A stretch of DNA of 55,554 nt. Origin: a virus (lineage: Duplodnaviria > Caudoviricetes). The stretch covers positions 1-55,554 of the IMG/VR virus record IMGVR_UViG_3300014208_000050; one strand, written 5' to 3'. The position numbers were made by a program, and so were the translations under genes. Below the pieces are notes generated by a model, which saw only the letters and a program-made list of their open reading frames with translations, did no database searches and was not told where the DNA came from. Below, in pieces: positions 46,612 through 54,829 of the stretch (positions within the stretch are counted from its first letter, which is position 1; every line of letters begins with the position of its first letter).

Positions 46612-46623
46612 GAGGAACAATCA

Positions 46624-46917
46624 ATGGAAGTCTTGGCTCTGATTAGTGCGGTCCTGTTTTGGGTGACTGTTGTCGCATTCGTACAACACCTAACCCTGTA
46701 CAATAAGTGCAAGGCTGCCAAGGAGTTGTGGAAAACCTACGCCCTGGCTCTTGAAGTCATTGATGAGTGTGAGTCTGAACTCCGTCTGGAAATCCCTGGA
46801 GAGGGGTGCATGAAGCGGTGCCGACGCCGGGAACCATATCTGGACCAGCGGGACAATGCTGTTCGGATGGCTGGTGAAACCCTGTCTAAGTTGGAACAGA
46901 GTGGGGAATATGCCTAA
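46624..46917 (+). CDS. membrane protein
   Basis: GGAGG RBS; N-terminal TM. Confidence 0.65.
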   Translation: MEVLALISAVLFWVTVVAFVQHLTLYNKCKAAKELWKTYALALEVIDECESELRLEIPGEGCMKRCRRREPYLDQRDNAVRMAGETLSKLEQSGEYA

Positions 46918-47310
46918 GATTTGCTACGTGAAGAAACGGTTTCGTAGTGACGCACTAGCCCGGATTCAACAGGCTAATGCGATCATTACCGAGTACCAAG
47001 GGCAAGGATTTATCCTTACCTTGCGACAGTTGTACTATCAATTTGTCAGCCGCGATCTGATTCCCAACACGGTTCAGTCCTACAAGAACCTTGGTAGCGT
47101 CATAAACGACGCTCGACTAGCTGGGCTGATCGACTGGAACGCGATGCTTTGGAGCCCGAGGTCATTGTCGGGTTGATCCGATCTGAAGTGGACAAACTGA
47201 TCGACGGACAACTTTGGAGCGATGCACTTCACCGACAGTACCTTGGTCGTGAACAACTTACCGACGTGGCTGAGCAGTGGGACAAGGTTATAGGAAGTCT
47301 GAATGATTGA
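46910..47310 (+). pseudogene. internally deleted winged-helix/Toprim-type phage protein
   Basis: LTLRQLYYQFVS...ARLAGLIDW N-terminus joined out of frame to a DALEPEVIVGLIR...W C-terminus. Confidence 0.65.
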
Positions 47311-47836
47311 GCATTGGAAAGATGTGCCTGGATACGAGGGTTCCTACCAGATTTCTGATCTAGGGCGCGTGCGAAGTGTGCCTCGGCATGTCTATTGTCG
47401 CAACGGACATTTGCATTGGATTCGAGGCCGAATCTTGAAACCTAGCGTCGGAACTTGTGGGCATATTCAGGTTCGTTTGTCCCGTGCGGGCAGAAGTCCT
47501 ACCGTGCCCGTCCATCAACTTGTATTGAAGGCGTTCATCGGCCCACGTCCAAAAGGCAAGGAAGGCTGCCATAACGACGGTGTTCACGCGAACAACCGAT
47601 TGTCTAATCTGCGGTGGGACACGCACCGGTCAAATATGACAGATGCCAGCAACCAAGGGCTATTGCGAGTCCTTCCAGTACGCAGGTCGGACGGGAAGAC
47701 GTACAAATCATGCAGCGCCGCAGCTAAGTCTATAGACGTGCATCGTAGCAGCGTATCTCGAAGCATCCGACTCAAACAGAGGTGCGGTGGGTACACATGG
47801 GAGTTTGTAACACAAGCCGTTGCATCGGAGATTTAA
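47303..47836 (+). CDS. NUMOD4-HNH homing endonuclease
   Basis: WKDVPGYEGSYQISDLGRVRS; VHQLVLKAF; CHNDG..NNRLSNLRW. Confidence 0.93.
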   Translation: MIEHWKDVPGYEGSYQISDLGRVRSVPRHVYCRNGHLHWIRGRILKPSVGTCGHIQVRLSRAGRSPTVPVHQLVLKAFIGPRPKGKEGCHNDGVHANNRLSNLRWDTHRSNMTDASNQGLLRVLPVRRSDGKTYKSCSAAAKSIDVHRSSVSRSIRLKQRCGGYTWEFVTQAVASEI

Positions 47837-48036
47837 TGAACGAACTTGATGACCTTCGAGCCGAGATTGAGGAAGAAATTAACGACCCCACTTCGCACGG
47901 CCCTGCCGTTATCCGGCTTGTGTTGAGTGAAATCGAGGAGAAGTTCGGTCAAGAAGAGGTTGATAACGCGATTCACGATTTTCAACTCCCGGCGTGCCGA
48001 AAGGCTGAACCTATAAGCGCTGTGACTGGTGACTAG
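47836..48036 (+). CDS. small acidic hypothetical protein
   Basis: GGAG RBS, TAATG coupling; 3' end overlaps a structured RNA. Confidence 0.55.
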   Translation: MNELDDLRAEIEEEINDPTSHGPAVIRLVLSEIEEKFGQEEVDNAIHDFQLPACRKAEPISAVTGD

Positions 48037-48110
48037 GAGGGCGGTTGCTTCGCCGTAACGATAGTTGCCACCGTGGCTGGTGGGTAGTCACGCGATAAAC
48101 GCCGGGAGTT
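47984..48110 (+). ncRNA. multi-stem structured RNA closed by a 12-bp stem
   Basis: AACTCCCGGCGT/ACGCCGGGAGTT; GCC-GAAA-GGC; GTGACT/AGTCAC; CCACC/GGTGG. Confidence 0.6.
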
Positions 48111-48117
48111 TCTTTGT

Positions 48118-48325
48118 GTGGTGGCCGCGTAGAAAGTTTACGCACTTACTTGGAAGGGGTTAATACTCGAAGCCTCGATCCCTGGCGACAGGGAGAACCT
48201 AGAGCGAGGTTCCCGTAGTTCCTGACAACGGCAGGAGAGGGATTTTACAGGGTCCAAGAGTCGAACGTGTCCGGGTTAGATCGTTCGCCTACCAACTCAA
48301 GTCGGTTTGAATCCGACCCACCACT
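48118..48325 (+). ncRNA. tRNA-like element 3 with ~130-nt insertion in the anticodon arm
   Basis: acceptor GTGGTGG/CCACCAC; D-like GCGTA-gaaagtt-TACGC; T arm GTCGG-TTTGAAT-CCGAC; four internal hairpins. Confidence 0.65.
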
Positions 48326-48345
48326 GCCTTTTACCTGGAGAACCA

Positions 48346-48591
48346 ATGAAAAACTTATCAGCTTGGACGCCGACTGGCACTGGACCATACCCTCCCTATG
48401 TGTCTATTAACTTCAAAGATTTTCTCGTAGAGATCACATGCCGCTCCCCGGCGACCAGCGACGGACGCGACGGTGCAACAGCCGTAGTGTCTATGCCTAT
48501 GTGCGAGTTCAAAACACTTGTAACAGAAGCAATCCGAACACACTGGCATGAAATCCTAAAGCAAGACGATGAAGTCGGCCTTGCGTGGTGA
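48346..48591 (+). CDS. hypothetical protein
   Basis: GGAG RBS, ATG. Confidence 0.65.
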   Translation: MKNLSAWTPTGTGPYPPYVSINFKDFLVEITCRSPATSDGRDGATAVVSMPMCEFKTLVTEAIRTHWHEILKQDDEVGLAW

Positions 48592-48638
48592 GGGATTTTA
48601 CAGAGCCGAACGTATCTCCATCAACCCATTGACTTACA

Positions 48639-48944
48639 ATGCTAAACAACATCACTCGAATCACGACCGACGACACCAAGAAGACCTACGACTTTCCTGA
48701 CGCGAGTGCTCCTGCCCAAATCTGGGAGTTGAAGCTAACGCTCACTTGTCTAAGCAATTGTTACGGCCGGTTGGAACGCGGCACTGGTAGCACGGCGGCA
48801 GTCGTCCATCTTGAGCGAAAGACGATTGAGGACCACGGGTTGCGTCCACGGGTCGAGACTCGAAAGAACGTGCCAGTGGAAGAGACACCTGCTGACTTGG
48901 CTATCAAGTTCTTGGCCAGTATTGGAGTTTACCCAACTGAATGA
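48639..48944 (+). CDS. hypothetical protein
   Basis: ATG; ATGA-coupled to the next gene. Confidence 0.6.
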   Translation: MLNNITRITTDDTKKTYDFPDASAPAQIWELKLTLTCLSNCYGRLERGTGSTAAVVHLERKTIEDHGLRPRVETRKNVPVEETPADLAIKFLASIGVYPTE

Positions 48945-49276
48945 CGCCTTTCCTATTACAACGAGAGGCTTATATACCGTTTCCAGCGTGGGCGAAACGG
49001 CGGAAGAAGCCTTGGATATACATTGGCTGGATCAAACGGGAACCCGGTTTCGAGAAGCTGTGCCAAAGCGGTCGAATCCAAGACCACGGAGAGCGGAGGG
49101 CAATTGATATTTACCGGGAAGGTGCGGCCTGCTGGGTCTGCGAGCCAAGTGATTGGATGCGGTTCTGGCAACGTGTGAGGTGTTTCGTTACAGGACATAG
49201 CTGGAGAGACGACCCATTTACAACCAATCTTTGCCGCAAATGTGCGAAGAAAAAACCACAGACTCTTGAACGATGA
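48941..49276 (+). CDS. hypothetical protein with C-terminal Cys/His motif
   Basis: CFVTGHSW...CRKC; coupled to polymerase. Confidence 0.6.
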   Translation: MTPFLLQREAYIPFPAWAKRRKKPWIYIGWIKREPGFEKLCQSGRIQDHGERRAIDIYREGAACWVCEPSDWMRFWQRVRCFVTGHSWRDDPFTTNLCRKCAKKKPQTLER

Positions 49277-51603
49277 CGAAACGCCTCTACTTGGACCTTG
49301 AAACTTGCGGCCTGCACAGTCTCCCAGTGTTGGCGCAGTTTGCAGTCGAAGATGGTCCAATCACTCTGTACGAGTTTTGGAAGAAGCCAGTCGGTGAGAC
49401 GCTAGACCTTATCGAGTGGATTTGTCAGCACACGTTTGTCGGATTCAACTGCGTATTTGACTGGTATCACATCTGCAAAATCTACACGATCTTTTCTTTA
49501 CTTCCACGGGATTGGATTCCCGAGGAGCATATCGAAGAGATTGCTCTGCTTGAGCCTAAAGGACAAGACGGACTCTGTTGTAAGCCTGTTGGCTGTCTTG
49601 ATCTTCTTCTCCACTCGCGTAAGGGTCCGTATCAATCCCTTATGGCGAGGGATAGCATTAGAATAAAGCGCGTGCCAACCGCACTGGCCTATGCGCTGGC
49701 CCGCGAGCTTGAAACCCGGATTGAGCTTGACGGAATCTTCTTCGCCAAGACGGCCGACAAGAACGCCCCACGTTGGCAGGCTGTCGATCGCATCAATAAG
49801 AAAACCGAGTCGATCGACCCAGACTTCAAGGACGTGGTTCTGCGGTTTAACCCAGCGGGCGGTCTCAAGTACCTCGCCGAATATGCTCTGAAAATGCCTC
49901 CCAAGGCACACTTCTCAGACATTGAACTAGGCCGAGAGTTCTCACCAAAGGAACTCGGCTATGCTCCGACGGCCCTTGCCATAAGCAGTCCTGATAATAA
50001 CTGGGAAGTCTATAAGGACGGCAAAGTCTGCGGACACGCTTGGCCGGGAGTTATCAAGCGGCACATCGAACACTGGGCAACCAATGAGCCTGCCCGCGAG
50101 TATGCCAAGGACGATATTGTCTATACCCGTGAGCTTGACAAGCATTTCGGCTACCCAGAGCCGAACGATGACGACTCGGTGTTGGCTTGCATGGTAGCTG
50201 CCGTCAGGTGGCACGGATTTACGATCGACATCCCCGGCATTAAGAAGCTGCTCAAGTCGGCCCAAGAGACGATCGACAAGGCTCCGTGCAACGTCAACCG
50301 CCCAAAGTCCGTCCGCGCGTATATCTACGAGTGCATGGACGAGATGGAAAAGACCATCCTTGAGGAGACCACCCGTAAGGCCAAGCTCGAAGCGGTGAGC
50401 AACTGGCAGGTTGCCGAAGCTGAGCCCTGCACGAAATGCGAGGGGATGGGCTGCGTCCGTTGCAACAATGGAACCTTGGAAGTCGGGCAGCACCCCGCTG
50501 CAAAGCGAGCCTCTGAGGTCTTGGCTGTTAAGTTCGCTGTCAAGGAAAAGGAACTCTACAAGAAGTTGCTTCGGGCTGGCAAGCTGCACGCCTCGTTCAA
50601 AGTGATCGGTGCTCTGTCTGGTCGCATGAGCGGTGGTGACAATCTCAACGTACAAGGCATCAAGCACACGGTCGATGTCCGTAGCCTGTTCCCGATCAAG
50701 TGGGATGGGACGAAACTCAGCATTGGCGACTTTTCAAGTTTTGAAGTCACAATCGCCGAGGCTGTGGCCAGTGACCCTGATCTTCGGTCGGACTTGATGA
50801 CGGGCAAGTCTATCCACGCGATCTTCGGCAGCCTGCTCTTTCCCGGCAACACCTACGAGGACATTAAGGCCACGAAGGGTACAGAGAACGACCTGTACAC
50901 CAAAGCGAAGCAAGGGTTTTTCGCCAGTATCTTGTACGGCGGCGACCACAACACACTGTTGAACAAGCTGGGTGTAGCCGAGAAAGACGGCAGGGCCGCA
51001 ATCGAAAAGCTGTTGACCAAGTACAAGAAACTCGGTGACTGGAAGGCCCGTGTACTGAAGAGTTTTCAGTCTATGCAACAGCCGGGAGGGATCGGCTCAC
51101 AGATCATTTGGAGTGACCCGGCCGAGTATGCGGAAACAATGCTTGGCTTCAAGCGGTACTACACTCTCGAAAACAAAATCTGCCGAGCACTGTTCGATCT
51201 CGCCCGAAAGCCACCCAAGCACTGGAAAGATTGCCCGGTCAAGGTGTTGCGTCGAGACCGCGTGCAGACAGCGGGCGGGGCTGTATCCAGTGCCCTCTAC
51301 GGGGCGGCCTTCGGTATTCAATCTGCTAACGTCCGGTCTGCCGGGAATATGGAAATCCAAGGCACGGCGGCCGGTGTCACCAAAAGCGTGCAATGCAAGC
51401 TGTGGGAGTTGCAACCAGCGGGTGTCAACGACTGGCAAGTATGCCAGTTCCAAGTACATGACGAAATCGTAGTTGTCAGCCCACCTGGACTCGTTGACAA
51501 GGTTGAAGAAGTAATCAACACGTCAGTCGAGTCGTACAAGAGTTTGATTCCGCTGATACAGATGGATTGGAAGAAAGACGTATCGAACTGGGGTGAAAAA
51601 TGA
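49273..51603 (+). CDS. DNA polymerase family A with 3'-5' exonuclease
   Basis: YLDLETCG, GFNCVFD, YAKDD exonuclease motifs; SGRMS, GDFSSFE (A), KAKQGFFASILYG (B), QVHDEI (C). Confidence 0.95.
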   Translation: MTKRLYLDLETCGLHSLPVLAQFAVEDGPITLYEFWKKPVGETLDLIEWICQHTFVGFNCVFDWYHICKIYTIFSLLPRDWIPEEHIEEIALLEPKGQDGLCCKPVGCLDLLLHSRKGPYQSLMARDSIRIKRVPTALAYALARELETRIELDGIFFAKTADKNAPRWQAVDRINKKTESIDPDFKDVVLRFNPAGGLKYLAEYALKMPPKAHFSDIELGREFSPKELGYAPTALAISSPDNNWEVYKDGKVCGHAWPGVIKRHIEHWATNEPAREYAKDDIVYTRELDKHFGYPEPNDDDSVLACMVAAVRWHGFTIDIPGIKKLLKSAQETIDKAPCNVNRPKSVRAYIYECMDEMEKTILEETTRKAKLEAVSNWQVAEAEPCTKCEGMGCVRCNNGTLEVGQHPAAKRASEVLAVKFAVKEKELYKKLLRAGKLHASFKVIGALSGRMSGGDNLNVQGIKHTVDVRSLFPIKWDGTKLSIGDFSSFEVTIAEAVASDPDLRSDLMTGKSIHAIFGSLLFPGNTYEDIKATKGTENDLYTKAKQGFFASILYGGDHNTLLNKLGVAEKDGRAAIEKLLTKYKKLGDWKARVLKSFQSMQQPGGIGSQIIWSDPAEYAETMLGFKRYYTLENKICRALFDLARKPPKHWKDCPVKVLRRDRVQTAGGAVSSALYGAAFGIQSANVRSAGNMEIQGTAAGVTKSVQCKLWELQPAGVNDWQVCQFQVHDEIVVVSPPGLVDKVEEVINTSVESYKSLIPLIQMDWKKDVSNWGEK

Positions 51604-51821
51604 GAGTATCTGAAATCCAAGTGGGTAAGACTTACGTCAATCGTGGCGCTGGTCGCACTCGGAGGCACGTTCTCGGAATTGGAGACCAATACCGACCAAA
51701 GATTTTCTACAGTCGAAAGAACCCACCACGCGAGCATGGCGTGTTATTCGAGCAAGGTGGGAAAGAACACACCCTTTACATATCTTCTTTTGCAAACTGG
51801 GCAGGCCATGAAGTCAGTTAA
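51600..51821 (+). CDS. hypothetical protein
   Basis: ATGA coupling; IQVGKTY...SSFANWA. Confidence 0.7.
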   Translation: MRVSEIQVGKTYVNRGAGRTRRHVLGIGDQYRPKIFYSRKNPPREHGVLFEQGGKEHTLYISSFANWAGHEVS

Positions 51822-51972
51822 ACGTATTGACGGCTGGTGGGTCACAGAAATCCCCGAGTGCGACGACTGTGGACCATATAAGACCAAGGACGAAGCTGAG
51901 GACACAAGGAAGGGCTTGCAACGGACTTTCGATAACCAAGACGATCACTCTTTCTTTACGTGTGACAAATGA
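51808..51972 (+). CDS. small hypothetical protein
   Basis: GWWV...CGPYKTKDEAE; coupled to neighbours. Confidence 0.6.
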   Translation: MKSVKRIDGWWVTEIPECDDCGPYKTKDEAEDTRKGLQRTFDNQDDHSFFTCDK

Positions 51973-52292
51973 AACCAACATTCAAGTACGAAATCTGGGC
52001 CTACTGCAAAGCCAATGGCACCTACACCAAAGTTCACACCATCTACGTACCCGGTTACGTCGAGTACCAAGGCTGGTGGATATTTGAGAAGGCGTCTATT
52101 CGGTTCAAAGGAGAGTCCATTGAAGTAGCCAGACGGTTCGCTGCGGCCAGGGCGGGAGTAAACCTGTCTGTCTACGAGGTTGTGGACGGGACCAAAGGGC
52201 TATTCACCGACTACAGCCTACTTGTCTACGCAAAGGGCAAGTGGGTTGATCGACTGTTCCAACCAGTGGAGGACCGTGTTTATGGATTCTGA
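51969..52292 (+). CDS. hypothetical protein
   Basis: ATGA coupling. Confidence 0.6.
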   Translation: MKPTFKYEIWAYCKANGTYTKVHTIYVPGYVEYQGWWIFEKASIRFKGESIEVARRFAAARAGVNLSVYEVVDGTKGLFTDYSLLVYAKGKWVDRLFQPVEDRVYGF

Positions 52293-52521
52293 ACAGTACC
52301 ACGCAGGAGTAAAGAAGCTCTGGGACGCCCTGAACATCATAACTGCTCAAGAGCAGGACGTATTCACCTTGGCAGAAAAACGAATCAGGCATCTGACCGA
52401 GGTGCTTGAGTCCATTGCCAACCACGGCACGGACCAACCAGCGGCATCTTGTGACGATGAATGGCACAGGCGACTCGCGTACAGGCTCATTGGAATAGCC
52501 CGGAGAGGACTGAATGAATAA
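52282..52521 (+). CDS. hypothetical protein
   Basis: GGAGG RBS before ATG 52282. Confidence 0.65.
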   Translation: MDSEQYHAGVKKLWDALNIITAQEQDVFTLAEKRIRHLTEVLESIANHGTDQPAASCDDEWHRRLAYRLIGIARRGLNE

Positions 52522-52786
52522 TCCACTATACACATTGGCACAGAAATACGCCGAAGTTACCGAGGCGTTTGACCGTTGCATTTGCACAGGCGTCAACAAC
52601 GGAGTTGCAATCCCTAATGACGGGCACGAGGCAGCAGTTATTCGACGGTTTGCCGCTAAATTAAACGACCACTTTGTTTGCACTTTGGTTGGGTTGGACT
52701 ACACCGAGCGAGAGTGGGAAATAGCAAGAAGGTGCGTACTAAGGGCCAACGAACCCAAGAGGCCGCACACAATCCATGAGAGCTAA
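52514..52786 (+). CDS. hypothetical protein
   Basis: GAGG RBS; overlapping neighbours. Confidence 0.6.
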   Translation: MNNPLYTLAQKYAEVTEAFDRCICTGVNNGVAIPNDGHEAAVIRRFAAKLNDHFVCTLVGLDYTEREWEIARRCVLRANEPKRPHTIHES

Positions 52787-53165
52787 ACACGGGCCGGAGT
52801 ACAGGATTCAATCAGACCTAATCGACTACCTCGAAGCCCGAGGTTGGCTCGTTGAGCGCCTCATCGGTAATGCGTTCCAAGTGGGTATTCCAGACTTATT
52901 CGCCCACCATCCGAAATGGGGCTCGCGTTGGATCGACGTGAAAGTTGAGGGTAAGTATTCGTTCACAAAGGCACAGAAACTCAAATGGCCAAAATGGGAA
53001 AAGTTCGGCGTTGGGATATGGATTCTGACTGGGGCCGACCAGGATAACTACGACAAGCTGTTTGCGTTTCCCAACATGCGTGATTACTGGAAGGACTCGT
53101 GGGGTGAATTGCCGGACATCGACAAACTGTTGGAGGAGATGAAAAATGACATTCTTCACAGCTGA
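52776..53165 (+). CDS. VRR-NUC / PD-(D/E)XK nuclease (Holliday junction resolvase-like)
   Basis: EYRIQ...GIPDL...WIDVK...FTKAQ. Confidence 0.85.
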   Translation: MRAKHGPEYRIQSDLIDYLEARGWLVERLIGNAFQVGIPDLFAHHPKWGSRWIDVKVEGKYSFTKAQKLKWPKWEKFGVGIWILTGADQDNYDKLFAFPNMRDYWKDSWGELPDIDKLLEEMKNDILHS

Positions 53166-53652
53166 CTTGCATTTAGGCCATAAGAACATTCTGAAACACA
53201 CCAACCGACCATTCGCGTCGGTTGAGGAGATGGATTCGGTTCTCATCGCCAATATCAATCAGGTTGTGGCTACTAACGACGAACTATACATCCTCGGCGA
53301 CTTCGCCTGGCAGGCATCAAACTATGGCAAATATCGGAACCGTATCAAAGTCCGCAAACTGCACATCGTCACCGGCAACCACGACGCTACGAGTCTGGCC
53401 AAATACGTCTCAACAATGCGTGATTCTGTGTATCAGAAGATTGAAGGCCACAAGGTTCACATGAGCCACTACCCACACGCCTCCTGGCACGGTCGGACAC
53501 ACGGCTCGATCCACTTGTATGGTCACAGTCACGGAAGTCTTGAATCGACTCTGGACTCTGTTTGGCCCGGTCGAAAGGCTATGGATGTCGGAGTTGATAA
53601 TTGTGATCTACGTCCGTTGTCGTTTACAGAAATTCTCAACAGGATTAGCTGA
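53146..53652 (+). CDS. calcineurin-like metallophosphoesterase
   Basis: FTADLHLGH, LGDF, GNHD, SHYP, YGHSH, DVGVD. Confidence 0.92.
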   Translation: MTFFTADLHLGHKNILKHTNRPFASVEEMDSVLIANINQVVATNDELYILGDFAWQASNYGKYRNRIKVRKLHIVTGNHDATSLAKYVSTMRDSVYQKIEGHKVHMSHYPHASWHGRTHGSIHLYGHSHGSLESTLDSVWPGRKAMDVGVDNCDLRPLSFTEILNRIS

Positions 53653-54107
53653 TGCACTTACAGAAGCAACCAAACCGATGGTCCTGTGTGCCGACCAGCT
53701 TTGCGATGGCTCTCAACGTACCGGTGAGTGACTTTATCGCTCACATCGGCCACGACGGCAGTCAAATCATCTGGCCCACTCTGGAGGAGCCTCACCGTAG
53801 AAGGGGTTTCCACGTTCAGGAGTGCATCGACGTGGCGTTTCGCGCCGGCTTTGCCGTGACACCAATCGAGGTGACACCTCGCCACGCCCCGGCTGAACCA
53901 GTTCCAGCGTTCTCAATACTGCGAGGCGGCAGTGAAGCGGCGGCACTTGAGCGGTTTGCCGACGTTGTGTCACACCACCGTGGCGTGCTCACTGGCTACA
54001 GCCACGCCGTTGCATTCGACCACGGAATTATTTGCGACCCGAACGGAACCACTTATCACTACCGACCGAACTTCTACTGCGCATGGATCATTGAAAGGAC
54101 AACATGA
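53652..54107 (+). CDS. papain-fold (C39-like) peptidase
   Basis: QKQPNRWSCVPTSFAM, SHAVAF, ICDP. Confidence 0.7.
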   Translation: MHLQKQPNRWSCVPTSFAMALNVPVSDFIAHIGHDGSQIIWPTLEEPHRRRGFHVQECIDVAFRAGFAVTPIEVTPRHAPAEPVPAFSILRGGSEAAALERFADVVSHHRGVLTGYSHAVAFDHGIICDPNGTTYHYRPNFYCAWIIERTT

Positions 54108-54694
54108 GGTACAACCGAGAACTGAACGCGAATCTTCGAGCCGTGATTACTCAGCGACCAGATAACAACGAACTGCAAAAGCGCGTTGCGTCCGGGGATA
54201 AGGAAGCCCGAGACAAGATGGTCGAACAGAACACCCCTCTTGCATTAAAGCTGGTGGAACAATTCATTTCCAACCACCCGGATTTTGACTATATGCAAGA
54301 CGATTTAACTTCTGCGGCAATGCTAGGTTTGGTTGAGGCGGTTGACGACTGCTCCCGACCAGGATTCGTCTCATCGGGGATGTCAGCTTATCTTGGACGA
54401 GCTTTATTTCATGCAATCAAACGAGAAGCCAAGCACACGGACCTTACTGTCCCGACCGAGTTCTTAGACGAATTGTGCTTTGCCGACGAACCAACCACGG
54501 ACCTCGAAGAGACAATCTTGTCTTGCTGTGAAACGGAAACTGATCGTCAGATCGTTGTTTTAAGAGCCCAGAAGCACACTCAGACAGCAATTTCACAGTT
54601 GCTTGGGATTCCACAGACGACAATAAGTAACCGACTCAAAAGGATTTACAAGAATTTCGAGGAAAAAGAAAATTTGATGTGTAAACAGGGTTAG
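54104..54694 (+). CDS. sigma70-family RNA polymerase sigma factor
   Basis: GDKEARDKMVEQN, DDLTSAAMLGLVEAV (region 2); TQTAISQLLGIPQTTISNRL (region 4). Confidence 0.88.
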   Translation: MRYNRELNANLRAVITQRPDNNELQKRVASGDKEARDKMVEQNTPLALKLVEQFISNHPDFDYMQDDLTSAAMLGLVEAVDDCSRPGFVSSGMSAYLGRALFHAIKREAKHTDLTVPTEFLDELCFADEPTTDLEETILSCCETETDRQIVVLRAQKHTQTAISQLLGIPQTTISNRLKRIYKNFEEKENLMCKQG

Positions 54695-54712
54695 TTGGGG
54701 TACTCATAGGTG
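54679..54712 (+). promoter_or_regulatory. putative promoter motif P2, copy B
   Basis: GTGTAAA-N7-AGTTGGGgTACTcatAGGTG. Confidence 0.5.
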
Positions 54713-54829
54713 TATGCACTACTTTCCAGCCAAATACGTTGAGTTTGCGATCAGTAACCCCTCTTTGGTGGTGTACTCGACTTATGTTGAAGCTGAGAAG
54801 TCAATCGAAGACCTATTACGGAGCATCCT

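Noticed and set aside
48118-48325. tmRNA or group I intron-containing tRNA
   Set aside because: No G3-U70 alanine identity, much shorter than tmRNA, and the insert is short with no recognisable group I core; not excluded without an Rfam search
6856-51603. Inteins, introns or stop-codon reassignment in terminase, helicase, primase or polymerase
   Set aside because: Genes are continuous at expected sizes in the standard code with no intein terminal motifs, and TAG, TGA and TAA all act as stops
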